From assembly GCA_964416025.1 (NCBI GenBank), contig CAYQCJ010000002.1:3025-67024 (forward strand): a DNA stretch of 64,000 bases, given 5' to 3'. This document shows, piece after piece, positions 19,915 to 30,173 of this stretch. A program made the translations under genes and the position numbers. Origin of the DNA: an uncultured Staphylococcaceae bacterium. GTDB taxonomy: Bacteria; Bacillota_I; Bacilli_A; RFN20; CAG-826. The stretch's first letter is position 1, and every line of letters begins with the position of its first letter. The notes under the pieces are model-generated. The model searched no databases. It was not told where the DNA came from and saw nothing but the letters and a program-made list of their open reading frames with translations.

Positions 19915-20406
19915 TTATTTAATCTTTTTTAAGTCAATCAAACCAGCTAAACCAGCGACACCAGCGGCAATAATTCCAACAATACCATTACAGATTGCAC
20001 CAGCACCTAAACTGGATAACCCACTTTCATTTCCTAAAGCTGTAAGAATGAAGAACATTAAGATTCCGGCAACTAAGAAATTTAAAGCACCAAGAAATGC
20101 GGAAAATGCGGCTACATTGGCCATTTTCTTTCTTAAAAACAAACTAATTGATCCAGAAGTAAAACAGCAAACAATTGCTAAACTTAAACAAATAACAGCA
20201 ATAATAATTAATGCAGAAAGACCAGAATAACCATCAGTCCCAACAAATTGAAATAATTCATAGAAAGATACTGTTGATGTGCTACTTCCTACGATTGGAA
20301 GCGTAATTGTAATAGAAATTGCGGGCGCTAAAGCAATAAGAAACATTGCAATTCCAAGAACCACTGCTCCTCCGTTAAGAAACATACCTAAAAATTTTTT
20401 TATCAT
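19915..20406 (-). CDS. small polytopic membrane protein, no recognisable family
   Basis: A 163-aa protein with 4-5 hydrophobic segments. It shares a ..PAIS.. first-loop motif with the 18882-19793 product. Confidence 0.55.
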   Translation of the reverse strand: MIKKFLGMFLNGGAVVLGIAMFLIALAPAISITITLPIVGSSTSTVSFYELFQFVGTDGYSGLSALIIIAVICLSLAIVCCFTSGSISLFLRKKMANVAAFSAFLGALNFLVAGILMFFILTALGNESGLSSLGAGAICNGIVGIIAAGVAGLAGLIDLKKIK

Positions 20407-20456
20407 ATTTTTACCTCTTGTTAGAATTATATGTTATTCATAAGGCTTTTTAAAAC

Positions 20457-20488
20457 ACAAAAAAAGAAAAGTTTTTTCGAACTTTTCT
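20457..20488 (-). terminator. Rho-independent terminator after the SPFH gene
   Basis: A 9-bp stem AGAAAAGTT / AACTTTTCT followed by a minus-strand U-run. Confidence 0.7.
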
Positions 20489-20504
20489 TTTAGTGTAAAA
20501 TTGT

Positions 20505-21449
20505 TTACTTTTTAGGCTCTTTAACAGCTTCAGCAATTGTTGAAGCGACACCAACCATTCCTTGTAAATCACTTGGAATAATAAGTTTTGTGGCTTGTCC
20601 ATTAGCAACTTTTTCCAAAGTTTCATAGGACTTCATCTTTAAAACAGCTTCATCAGCTCCAACCTTTTTAAGAGCTTCAAGACCTTTCGCTTCAGCTTCA
20701 CGAACCATAATAATACCCTTGGCTTCAGCAGTTTTAACATCTACCATAGCTTGAGCTTCACCTTCAGCATTTTTAATTTTCATTTGTTTTTCTGCTTCAG
20801 CATTTAGAATAGCAGACTCTTTATTACCTTCAGCGATTAAAATAGCACTTTGCTTTTTACCTTCAGCCAATAAAACTTGTTCTCTCTTTTCACGTTCAGC
20901 TCTCATTTGACGTTCCATTGCATCGCGAATGTCTTTTGGAGGAAGAATGTTCTTAACTTCAACTCTATTAACTTTAATTCCCCAAGCATCGGTTGCTTCA
21001 TCAAGAATCGATCTCATCTTAGCATTGATAATATCTCTACTAGTTAATGTTTCATCTAAATCCAACTCACCAATAATATTTCTTAAAGTTGTTGCGCTTA
21101 AATTTTCAATTGCGCTAATTGGAGCGTTGACACCATAAGTAAACAATTTTGGATCAGTTATTTGAAAGAAAACAACAGTATCAATTTGCATTGTGACATT
21201 ATCTTTAGTAATAACTGGTTGAGGATCAAAATCCTTAACTTGTTCCTTCATTGATACAACTTGTGCAATTCTATCAAAGAAAGGAAGCATCATATGAATT
21301 CCAGGTTCCAAAATTCTATTAAACTTACCAACACGCTCAACAACATATTTATCAGTTTGTTTAACGACACGAATATTCGAAATTAAAACAATCAATAAAA
21401 TAAGAATAACTACTCCAATAACGATTAACGCTACAGCCCATCCTTCCAT
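20505..21449 (-). CDS. SPFH/band-7 (stomatin-like) protein
   Basis: An N-terminal TM anchor, an SPFH core (VVERVGKF..LEPGIHMMLPF..), and an Ala/Glu-rich coiled-coil tail. Confidence 0.85.
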   Translation of the reverse strand: MEGWAVALIVIGVVILILLIVLISNIRVVKQTDKYVVERVGKFNRILEPGIHMMLPFFDRIAQVVSMKEQVKDFDPQPVITKDNVTMQIDTVVFFQITDPKLFTYGVNAPISAIENLSATTLRNIIGELDLDETLTSRDIINAKMRSILDEATDAWGIKVNRVEVKNILPPKDIRDAMERQMRAEREKREQVLLAEGKKQSAILIAEGNKESAILNAEAEKQMKIKNAEGEAQAMVDVKTAEAKGIIMVREAEAKGLEALKKVGADEAVLKMKSYETLEKVANGQATKLIIPSDLQGMVGVASTIAEAVKEPKK

Positions 21450-21464
21450 AATATTTACCTCTCT

Positions 21465-21983
21465 TTACTTTAAATCTTTATCATCGATTTTTTTAACAAT
21501 AAGTTTGTTGCCATCGATTGATAATATCTTAACTATATCATCTTTTTCAATTTTTTCACTAGGATTAACGGCCTCAGCAGTCCAAATTACACCATTAATT
21601 TTGACTTCGCCACGTTCCATTTCACTTATACTTTTAATAACTAAAGCTTTTCTTCCAATCATTTCATCAACATTTGTTTTGAAATTATTTTTACTAAAAT
21701 ATTTCTTAACAAGTGGTCTTAAAGCGATTAATAAAGTGATAGAAAGAACAACAAATACAATAATTTCTACCCAAAATGGTACGCCAGGAATCGCTGCAAG
21801 AATCAATGAAATTAATGAAGCACCACAGAACCAAACCGAAACAATATCAGTAGTACAAATCTCAACGATTAAAGCGATAACAAAAATTCCTAACCAAATA
21901 AAAATCATGTAATCTTCAATTGAAGATCCCCATGCCGCTTCTTCTGCTAAAGCAAGAAACATTCTATTAAGCATCTTTCTCAA
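21465..21983 (-). CDS. NfeD-family membrane protein (partner of the SPFH protein)
   Basis: TM helices plus a C-terminal OB-like segment (GEVKINGVIWTA). It sits immediately upstream of the SPFH gene. The exact start is uncertain because there are several Met codons in the first 8. Confidence 0.75.
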   Translation of the reverse strand: MRKMLNRMFLALAEEAAWGSSIEDYMIFIWLGIFVIALIVEICTTDIVSVWFCGASLISLILAAIPGVPFWVEIIVFVVLSITLLIALRPLVKKYFSKNNFKTNVDEMIGRKALVIKSISEMERGEVKINGVIWTAEAVNPSEKIEKDDIVKILSIDGNKLIVKKIDDKDLK

Positions 21984-22350
21984 CCTCCTTATTCAAATAA
22001 ATATGAATTAAATCCTTAATCTCATCATAGGAAGTAGTAAATTTTTTATTGAAGACATCGCAATTTTTGAATGCTTCTTCAACTTTTTCTACCACTGATT
22101 TTGAAGTGATACGAGCATAACTTCTATTAATCGAAACTTTATAAAGATTATCTGTATCAATATTATTTCTTTCGATTTCATTAATAGAAACTGGCTTTAT
22201 AACCACTTCACCTTCTTTATCGTCTATACCAATCATAACATAAGTACAATCTTTTAACGCATCAAGAACGCTTGTATTAAGCGTAATTGCCTTGTCTGTA
22301 AAAGTTGCAACACCAGGCTTTTTATCTTTGTTTAACCATAATATACTCAT
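21967..22350 (-). CDS. hypothetical protein, first gene of the NfeD-SPFH operon
   Basis: A 127-aa ORF with a consensus promoter and AGGAGAGG upstream. I recognise no family. Confidence 0.55.
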   Translation of the reverse strand: MSILWLNKDKKPGVATFTDKAITLNTSVLDALKDCTYVMIGIDDKEGEVVIKPVSINEIERNNIDTDNLYKVSINRSYARITSKSVVEKVEEAFKNCDVFNKKFTTSYDEIKDLIHIYLNKEVEKDA

Positions 22351-22370
22351 TTTTTTCCTCTCCTACCTAA

Positions 22371-22398
22371 ATTATATGCAAAAAAGTATATTTGTCAA
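22371..22398 (-). promoter_or_regulatory. consensus sigma-70 promoter (TTGACA-N16-TATAAT)
   Basis: The minus strand reads TTGACA (22393-22398) and TATAAT (22371-22376), then an RBS and ATG 22350. Confidence 0.7.
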
Positions 22399-22444
22399 TA
22401 TTTTTGATTATTTTTGATTATTAAAAAATATAAAGGTTGTTTTT

Positions 22445-23191
22445 TTATAAAGAAGTAAGCTTGTCTTTTAAACGAGCGTTGTAAGTAATCTCGCATTTAG
22501 TCGAATAATCAGCAGGATATGGATAGGTGGAATCGAGGCTAGAAAAATCGAACAATCCTTCAATTAATAAACCATCTCCGTTATAAGAAAGATACTGAAG
22601 TTCATTATGAGAACTGCTCTTTGAATCCTTGAAAAGTAATTTATCATCTTGTTTAACAAAATTATATGAGTGTCCTTCAGGATTTTGTGATTCAGGGAAA
22701 TAATGAACGCAAGAATAATATCTTAAAACATTCAATACTCCGGCTAAATATGCCTTAACTTGAGTTTCATTAACAAGTGTTGGATCAGTTTCATCATTAC
22801 TATCATTACTATTATTGTTTTGATTATCAGTAGATAAGAAACGATAAGAAGGAGTAGCTAAACTTTCATCATAAAAATATAAAACTTCTGATTTTCCAGC
22901 CGTTGTTGTCTTATAAAAATAAATATAATAATTGCTATCATTGCGGTCAATCTCATATTTTTCGATATTTTGAACATCGACTCCATCGACAGTTTGTTTA
23001 TGAGTAATAACACAACTTAAAGTTCTATATAGTTTGTCATTTGAATATTTAGTGAAAACATCTGACTTGCTTCCATAAGCATCATAAATTTCACGAGCTT
23101 CGGAATAATCGATAACTTCAACAACTCCACAACCACTGGTGGATAACAAGGCAAGAACGCTTACAGCTATGCAAAGTAATTTTTTCTTCAT
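22445..23191 (-). CDS. lipoprotein of unknown function
   Basis: Signal peptide with lipobox LLSTSGC. Confidence 0.7.
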   Translation of the reverse strand: MKKKLLCIAVSVLALLSTSGCGVVEVIDYSEAREIYDAYGSKSDVFTKYSNDKLYRTLSCVITHKQTVDGVDVQNIEKYEIDRNDSNYYIYFYKTTTAGKSEVLYFYDESLATPSYRFLSTDNQNNNSNDSNDETDPTLVNETQVKAYLAGVLNVLRYYSCVHYFPESQNPEGHSYNFVKQDDKLLFKDSKSSSHNELQYLSYNGDGLLIEGLFDFSSLDSTYPYPADYSTKCEITYNARLKDKLTSL

Positions 23192-23228
23192 AATTCTTAA
23201 GTAAGTATATTATCACAATTTTATTTTT

Positions 23229-24530
23229 TTACTTAATTAAATTCAACCACTCACCGATTTCATTATAATCATCAATCCAGATGGTAATTAAATCGTAAGT
23301 AAAGAAATAATTTGTGACATCTTTAAAAATTTTCTCGTTAAATCCCGCTTCTTTTTTAAGAAATATAAAATTAAACTTCAAATAATTCTTTGATAATTCA
23401 AGAAGTCTTTTCATATTTGGATCAGTCATAGAGATTCCAATAAATATACAAGCATTAAAAGTAAAATCGTGCATTTGTTTAGAAATATTCCAGCTATATG
23501 GATTGTTATAAAGGTAGAAATATTCGGATTCATTAAAAATTAATGAATTGGTATATTTCTCTTCATTATATTTATCAAATGGTAATAATCCATGAACATG
23601 GAAGATGTTAACAGTTGCATCACTTGTACAAAAACTATTCGCATCGAAAACTGTGCAATATCTTAATCCTCTCTTCCTTAATAAATACTCCAAATTTGTA
23701 TCGTAATTATAAGTAATGACGCTCATTCCTGGGTGTTTTTGAATAAAATTAACACAACCGTAAAGTGTTGAATCGCAATCATTAAAGGATTTAGCTTCTT
23801 TAAATAAGTAAAGCTCGTCATGAAGATGATGATAAACCTCAAAACCGTTGGTTTTTAAAATCTTGCTAGAAACAAATAATTCATTTCCGGCATAGTGTTT
23901 AATTTCATCGATTAAGCCTTCTTCGCCTTTATAAAATTCTTTATTCATGGATTCTACAAGACCTTTCCAGTCTTTAGCTCCATAATCGCAGTTAATTCCC
24001 GCTCCCATAACCATTGTTAAAGGTAATTTTGCGGCATAAAGTCTCAATAACCACAATATAAAGGTAGAATCTTTAATCTTTCTTTTCTTGCTATCTTCGT
24101 TAAGACTATATAAAAGGTCTGGTTGATAATTTAAAGAAGTATCTTCCAAACAATATTTAACTTTCTTACCTTCTAGATAACCAATTGCTAAAAAATTAGC
24201 TTCATCAAAATAAATATTAACGGAAGATTCAGGAACATAATTTTCATAATTTTTAAGATTATTAATATGAACAATATTGATGTTTCCCATGACATCTAAT
24301 TCTTCAAGATTTACACCCCTTAAAGAATTGAAAATATGGCATGTATACTTATGAATATGCTCTTTTTCACTGATAATAATGACCTTAAAATTACAGGTCG
24401 GATCAAAGTGAAAACCAAAAGATCTAAAAGTAATATTTTGATAATCAATACCATTTAAATAGTAAAGATAAAGCAAGATTAACAAACATTTTTTGTGAAA
24501 TATATATGTTTGACTAGTTATTTTTTCCAT
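23229..24530 (-). CDS. SIR2_2-type (sirtuin-like, defence-associated NADase-type) domain protein with an unknown ~165-aa N-terminal domain
   Basis: The ordered motifs MGAGINCDYGAKDWKGL, ITYNYDTNLE, IFHVHG, LIFNESEY and IFIGISMTDPNMKRLL match the SIR2_2 pattern GAG.S..G.P.W / T.NYD..lE / hlHG / G.S..D. Confidence 0.7.
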   Translation of the reverse strand: MEKITSQTYIFHKKCLLILLYLYYLNGIDYQNITFRSFGFHFDPTCNFKVIIISEKEHIHKYTCHIFNSLRGVNLEELDVMGNINIVHINNLKNYENYVPESSVNIYFDEANFLAIGYLEGKKVKYCLEDTSLNYQPDLLYSLNEDSKKRKIKDSTFILWLLRLYAAKLPLTMVMGAGINCDYGAKDWKGLVESMNKEFYKGEEGLIDEIKHYAGNELFVSSKILKTNGFEVYHHLHDELYLFKEAKSFNDCDSTLYGCVNFIQKHPGMSVITYNYDTNLEYLLRKRGLRYCTVFDANSFCTSDATVNIFHVHGLLPFDKYNEEKYTNSLIFNESEYFYLYNNPYSWNISKQMHDFTFNACIFIGISMTDPNMKRLLELSKNYLKFNFIFLKKEAGFNEKIFKDVTNYFFTYDLITIWIDDYNEIGEWLNLIK

Positions 24531-24565
24531 AACCGTATTTTATCATAAATGTTATACTTAAAGTT

Positions 24566-25504
24566 ATGTTATATTTGTTATTTCGACACGAGTATTTAAA
24601 ACTCTGGAAAAAGATTGGTCGCTCCGATAAAGAGCGTCTCGATAAACAAACTCTTTACCCCGGAATAAAAGAAGAATGTTTTTCTTATGTTAACGACAAA
24701 AAAGAGTTCCACAAACTAAATGTTTATAGACCAGAAAACAATGATTCTACACTCCCACTTATCATCGATATCCACGGAGGTGGATGGGCTTGCGGAAATA
24801 AAGAAACCAACAAAAAATATAATTACTACTTAGCAAGCCACGGAAATATCGTAATTTCCATGTCTTATATTGATTTATCAACTCATGGCAAATTGATCGA
24901 CTCAATTCACGATATTTTTACTTCTCTAGAATGGATTATCGATAATAAAAACACTTTAAATTACGATGAAAATAAAATAATGCTAACCGGAGATAGCTCA
25001 GGCGGACACCTATCATTTTTAGTCGCTTCAATACAAAATAATGGGGATTTACAAGGGATATTTGGAATTTCACCACTTGATTTGAAATTTTCTTGTGTTG
25101 CTTTAACTCATCCAGCTGCTTCCGTAAAACCTTATATGGAACTACTTCCACAAAATCCTTATTCATTCATTTCCGTTAATTTAAATAAGGCATTAAAGAG
25201 AATGCTTTTAGGTGCTAATTATAAGAAAAAACCTATTTTTAACGCTTATAGTTCTGAAGATATTTTAAAATTGAATATTAAATATCCTCCAATTCTTATT
25301 GCAACCGGAATTGGCGACACTGCAATTCATCCAATCACCTTAAAATTTGTTAAAGATTTACAAGAAAACAAAGTTGACTTCGAACTTTACGATGACAAAA
25401 ATAAAGAAAATAATCATGTTTTTAACATCGTTGATCCAGATACTGAAGATGCTAAAAAGATGAATGATTACATCTTAAATTTCTTTATTAAAAATCAAAA
25501 ATAA
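24566..25504 (+). CDS. alpha/beta hydrolase, HSL-type esterase/lipase
   Basis: HGGGW oxyanion motif and GDSSGG nucleophile elbow. Confidence 0.8.
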   Translation: MLYLLFRHEYLKLWKKIGRSDKERLDKQTLYPGIKEECFSYVNDKKEFHKLNVYRPENNDSTLPLIIDIHGGGWACGNKETNKKYNYYLASHGNIVISMSYIDLSTHGKLIDSIHDIFTSLEWIIDNKNTLNYDENKIMLTGDSSGGHLSFLVASIQNNGDLQGIFGISPLDLKFSCVALTHPAASVKPYMELLPQNPYSFISVNLNKALKRMLLGANYKKKPIFNAYSSEDILKLNIKYPPILIATGIGDTAIHPITLKFVKDLQENKVDFELYDDKNKENNHVFNIVDPDTEDAKKMNDYILNFFIKNQK

Positions 25505-25505
25505 C

Positions 25506-26132
25506 TTATTTTTTATATTTTACTAATAGAACAACAATCGTTGTAATGATGACCGCTCCAGCTGCAACGGTTCCACCAATTATCCAAGCATTTTGAGTGC
25601 TTTTATTGAGATAAGTATCAGTTAAATATGTTCCGATTGTTTCTCCAACAATCAATTTTGAGAATGTATTATTTTCCACAACATAAAATCCTGGAACACC
25701 AAAATAATAGGTATTGGCAAGGGTATTTGCATTTTGAGCGAGCATATTGGTGTTGGCTTGAGCCACTTTTTCATCAGTTGTAGAGCCCGTTAAATCGTCT
25801 GTAGATTTAAATCTAGCACGATTTGCTAATCCAATATCGGTACTTCTAGAACCCATATCAAATAGATAGATATTTGGATTATTAGAACCTTCTAAAGATG
25901 CAACATAATTAAAAACTACATCTTTAATATTTTCGCAATGGGGACAAGTCTCCATATAAATCATTACGAAATATTTATCTGTGCTTTTTGTATAAAAGTC
26001 ATCTAAAGTACCCAATTGATTATTGGTTAAATCAGTATAGCTTCTATCATCACTCGATTCATTATTGCTACAACCGAAAAGCGCAGTTGAGGCAAATAGA
26101 CATAAAATTAGTCCAAAAAAATTATTTTTCAT
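25506..26132 (-). CDS. thioredoxin-fold lipoprotein with an additional C-terminal TM anchor
   Basis: Lipobox ALFGC, a CPHC redox motif, and a terminal hydrophobic helix followed by KYKK. Confidence 0.7.
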   Translation of the reverse strand: MKNNFFGLILCLFASTALFGCSNNESSDDRSYTDLTNNQLGTLDDFYTKSTDKYFVMIYMETCPHCENIKDVVFNYVASLEGSNNPNIYLFDMGSRSTDIGLANRARFKSTDDLTGSTTDEKVAQANTNMLAQNANTLANTYYFGVPGFYVVENNTFSKLIVGETIGTYLTDTYLNKSTQNAWIIGGTVAAGAVIITTIVVLLVKYKK

Positions 26133-26354
26133 AGGTAAATGCTAAAACAAAAAACCAGAAAAGGCAAGTTAATGAAATTTATACAAATTAAGAAAAGGTT
26201 GATTAAATAGTTTCGTTTGTAACAAAAAAACGGTTTGAACGAAATATAAATCGTAATTTTTACAATTTTTTAAAAAAATTTAAAAAAATATATATTAAAT
26301 AAGAATATATTATAAATAATAACATACATTAATAATATATTGGAGGTTTTTATA

Positions 26355-29300
26355 ATGAGACAAAGACGCATAAACGTATCAATAGTTACCGTATTAACTG
26401 CCGCAGCAATTGGTGCACTATTTATTACTTTTTCAAAAAATTTAATTTCGAAATACACTATCACTTTTGATACTGATGGCGGAACTAATATCGATTCCAT
26501 TCTTGGAGTTACTGGAACTTTAGTAAAAACTCCTGCTGATCCAACAAAAGAAGGCTACACATTTACTGGTTGGGTAGATAAAAATAATAAAACATACACT
26601 TTTGATACAATTCCTAATGAAAACATTACTGTTACTGCCACTTGGAAAATTAATAAATATACAATTTCTTTTGATTCAAAAGGCGGAACAAGTGTTAGCT
26701 CAATCACTCAAGATTATGCGACCACAGTTTCTGCTCCAACAGATCCTACATATTTAGGTTATACCTTTGATTTTTGGTCTTTAAAAGGCGAAACCACCCC
26801 TTACACTTTTAAAACAATGCCAAGTGAAAATATCACTTTAAATGCTAATTGGACTATCAATAGACACGACGTAACATTTATTCTTGATGGAGAAATCTAT
26901 GGATCATCCGTTAGATATAGTTTTAATGAAAGTATCGTTTTACCAACCATTACTAAAACTGGTTACACCTATGATTTATGGTACACTGATGCCGCTTATA
27001 CTAATAAGATTTCCACTGCTACCATGCAAAATGAAGACATCACTTTATATGGTAGAAGTTCGATAAATAGCTACGATGTTACCTATCACATTCCTAATAA
27101 AAACGATGTGATTAAGACTTTTAAATACAAAGAAAACGTCACTTTGACATTTGATTTTAACGAGGGTTATTCTTTCTCAGGATGGTTCGATAATTCAACC
27201 TACACCGGAACTAAATTGTCTTCTTACAAAATGCCTGCTTCAAACGTCGATTTATATGGAAAATATAACGCCAACAATTACACTATCACTTTAAATAGCG
27301 ATGGTAGCGTCTATAAAACCATCAATCAAGAATATAAATCGACAATCGAAAGTGTCGTAAATCCAACTAAAACCGGATATACATTCGCTTATTGGTACAC
27401 TACCGATATTAATACAAGTGTCGATGTACCTACAACTATGCCTTTAGGTGGATTAACTTTGAATGCCAAATTTACAGTCAATTCTCATAATTTGAATTAC
27501 TATTATGGCTCATCACTTCTTAATACAACTTCAGTAGATTATGGAGAAGTTGTTAGCTCACTTTATACACCTGATAATATTCTTGGAAAGACTTTTGCTG
27601 GTTGGTATAGCGATGCAAGTTTTGCTAACGAAGTTACCTCTATAACCATGCAAGATAGCGACTATAATCTTTACGCTAAATTTACTGATAACGTTTATAC
27701 AGTTTCTTTTGTTAACTATGATGACACTATTTTATCAACAATAAACAATCTTAGTTATGGCGACACAATTACTTATACTGGCGCAACACCAACTAGACCA
27801 AGTACCATTGGAAGCAACTATACATTCACTGGTTGGGACAATGATATTACTAGTGAAATTACTGGTGATACCACATTTAAAGCCCAATATAGCGAAGAAA
27901 TTCGTCAATATTCACTTTCATTTATGGTTGATGGAGTTTTATATAAGAAGATAATTAACGATTATCAATCTCCAATTGTTGATCCAATTGAACCTACCAA
28001 GACTGGTTATACTTTCGCTTACTGGTATTTAGGAAGCGACGACTCAATAGCAGCCACTTTACCTCCTTCAATGCCTGGAGAAAATAGAACTTACACCGCT
28101 AAATGGACTCCAATTTCCTATAGCGTTAAATTTAATAATTATGATGGTAGCGAATTACAAAGCGGAGTTGCTGATTACGATACTTACGCTACTTATAGTG
28201 GCGAAACACCAACTAAACCAGCTGATGCTGAATATACTTATACCTTTAGTGGATGGGACAATGATCCAACAGCTACTAAGATTACTGGAAATACCGTATT
28301 CACTGCTCAATTTAGTTCAGTAAAGAATCAATATTCATTTACCTTCGTTTTAGATAATGGCGATAGTGACGTTATTTACACAAGAGACTATGGAACAGCC
28401 ACTCCAACCATCACTTCACCAACAAAAACTGGTTACACATTTGCTTATTGGTATACCTCAGATCCAGCAACTTCAGTTCCTGTTCCAGGAACTATCACAA
28501 GTAATGTTACATTTACTGCTAAATGGACTATCAACTCTCACTCAGTTAATTATCATAATGGTTCAGTTTTAGCTCAAGCTTCTAAAACATGCGACTACGG
28601 TGCCAATGTTGATTTAACATTAGATCCATTAGTTACTGGTAAAACACTTGAAGGTTGGTATACCGATTCTTCATTATCAGCTGCAAGTAAAGTTTCCGCT
28701 CCATTAGTTATGGGCGATGCTGATTTAGATCTTTATGGTAAATTTACTACTAATTCTTATTCCTTAGTTTATAAATATAAAGATGCTCTTGGAACACCTC
28801 AAACACTGTCTAGCACTACCGCACTTTATGACTCAAGTGTTGATTTATCTGAGCAACCTGTCACTGGTTATGTTTTCCACGGTTGGTTTCTTGAAGAAGG
28901 TTTAGTTCATGCGGTTTCTACTTTAGCAATGCCAGCAAGCGATACCGTTCTTTATGGAAAATACGTCAAACAATACACAGTATTATTCAAGAACGGAACA
29001 GACACTCTTGAAACAGATACTGTTGAATCCGGAAACACCACAACTTATGATGGTGCTACTCCAACCAAAGCAAGCGACGCTCAATACACTTATACATTTA
29101 CTGGCTGGGATTCGGATCCATCAACCACAATAATTACGGCTGATACAACATTTACTGCTCAATTCAGTTCGACATTAAGAAGTTACACCATTACATTTGC
29201 TAATGCTAATAATGGCGAAAGCGTCACTAAAGATGTTGATTATGGAACCACTCCAACTTACACAGGAACTCCAACAAAAGCCACTTCTGGCGCTTATTCT

Positions 29301-30173
29301 TATACATTTAGTGGTTGGGATAAGACTTTAGCATCAGTTACTGGTGCCGAAACTTATACCGCTCAATTCACTGAAACTGAAGATAAGAGTTATGGTTTAA
29401 GTTATACAGCTATCGATGCTGATACTTGCTTTGTTTCGGCTTTTGATAAATCACATCCAAATGTTGAAATTCCAACTCAAATTGATGCTAATGGAGATGG
29501 CGACTTAGAAACCGTCATTGGAATCGGAGATAAAACATCTTCTGCTGGTGTATTTGCAAATAATTCGTCATTAACCTCAATAAAACTACCATCCACATTG
29601 CAATATATTGCCAGTGCTTCCTTTTCTTCAACAACAGCATTACCCAGTATTGAATTCCCTGATAGTTTACAATATGTAGGAGATTATGCTTTCTACGGAA
29701 CACATATCACCGAAATGAATTTTAAATCAAATGTCCAATATGTCGGTGGTTATGTGATAGCAGGAAGCCTAGTTGAAAAATTAACATTTGCTGATGGTGC
29801 GTTAGCGACTGAATCAGGAATTACAGACGGAGCTTTTAACTCTTCATCTTCGTTAAAATACGTAACTTTACCAAATACTTTAGCAAAATTAAGCAAAGGA
29901 ATGTTTCAAGCATGCATAGTTATGGAAAGTATAATAATTCCTAAGAGCACAAACATATCAACAGACACCAGTCAAAATTATTTTACAGGCTGCAAATTAT
30001 TGAATTATGTTTACATTGAATCAACTACATATACAGAAGCCCAAATTAATTCGTTAAAGGGCGGAATTCCTTCAACAACTACTCTTTATTATTATTCAGC
30101 CACCGAAAAAACGGATGGAAACTATTGGCATTACGATACAGTGACTGGTCTTCCAATAATTTGGGGCGCTTAA
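26355..30173 (+). CDS. large surface protein: Listeria-Bacteroides-type repeats plus C-terminal BspA-type LRR domain (paralog 1)
   Basis: GGAGG then ATG 26355, followed by a signal-anchor. By eye there are 14 GYTFxGW-type repeat motifs with a period of about 70-75 aa. The last ~280 aa show the LP..L..I...AF LRR pattern. Confidence 0.85.
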   Translation: MRQRRINVSIVTVLTAAAIGALFITFSKNLISKYTITFDTDGGTNIDSILGVTGTLVKTPADPTKEGYTFTGWVDKNNKTYTFDTIPNENITVTATWKINKYTISFDSKGGTSVSSITQDYATTVSAPTDPTYLGYTFDFWSLKGETTPYTFKTMPSENITLNANWTINRHDVTFILDGEIYGSSVRYSFNESIVLPTITKTGYTYDLWYTDAAYTNKISTATMQNEDITLYGRSSINSYDVTYHIPNKNDVIKTFKYKENVTLTFDFNEGYSFSGWFDNSTYTGTKLSSYKMPASNVDLYGKYNANNYTITLNSDGSVYKTINQEYKSTIESVVNPTKTGYTFAYWYTTDINTSVDVPTTMPLGGLTLNAKFTVNSHNLNYYYGSSLLNTTSVDYGEVVSSLYTPDNILGKTFAGWYSDASFANEVTSITMQDSDYNLYAKFTDNVYTVSFVNYDDTILSTINNLSYGDTITYTGATPTRPSTIGSNYTFTGWDNDITSEITGDTTFKAQYSEEIRQYSLSFMVDGVLYKKIINDYQSPIVDPIEPTKTGYTFAYWYLGSDDSIAATLPPSMPGENRTYTAKWTPISYSVKFNNYDGSELQSGVADYDTYATYSGETPTKPADAEYTYTFSGWDNDPTATKITGNTVFTAQFSSVKNQYSFTFVLDNGDSDVIYTRDYGTATPTITSPTKTGYTFAYWYTSDPATSVPVPGTITSNVTFTAKWTINSHSVNYHNGSVLAQASKTCDYGANVDLTLDPLVTGKTLEGWYTDSSLSAASKVSAPLVMGDADLDLYGKFTTNSYSLVYKYKDALGTPQTLSSTTALYDSSVDLSEQPVTGYVFHGWFLEEGLVHAVSTLAMPASDTVLYGKYVKQYTVLFKNGTDTLETDTVESGNTTTYDGATPTKASDAQYTYTFTGWDSDPSTTIITADTTFTAQFSSTLRSYTITFANANNGESVTKDVDYGTTPTYTGTPTKATSGAYSYTFSGWDKTLASVTGAETYTAQFTETEDKSYGLSYTAIDADTCFVSAFDKSHPNVEIPTQIDANGDGDLETVIGIGDKTSSAGVFANNSSLTSIKLPSTLQYIASASFSSTTALPSIEFPDSLQYVGDYAFYGTHITEMNFKSNVQYVGGYVIAGSLVEKLTFADGALATESGITDGAFNSSSSLKYVTLPNTLAKLSKGMFQACIVMESIIIPKSTNISTDTSQNYFTGCKLLNYVYIESTTYTEAQINSLKGGIPSTTTLYYYSATEKTDGNYWHYDTVTGLPIIWGA

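Noticed and set aside
22401-22420. A tandem 10-mer TTTTTGATTA x2 upstream of the consensus promoter.
   Set aside because: There are only two copies of an AT-rich decamer and no further periodicity. It is most simply an UP-element-like A/T tract.
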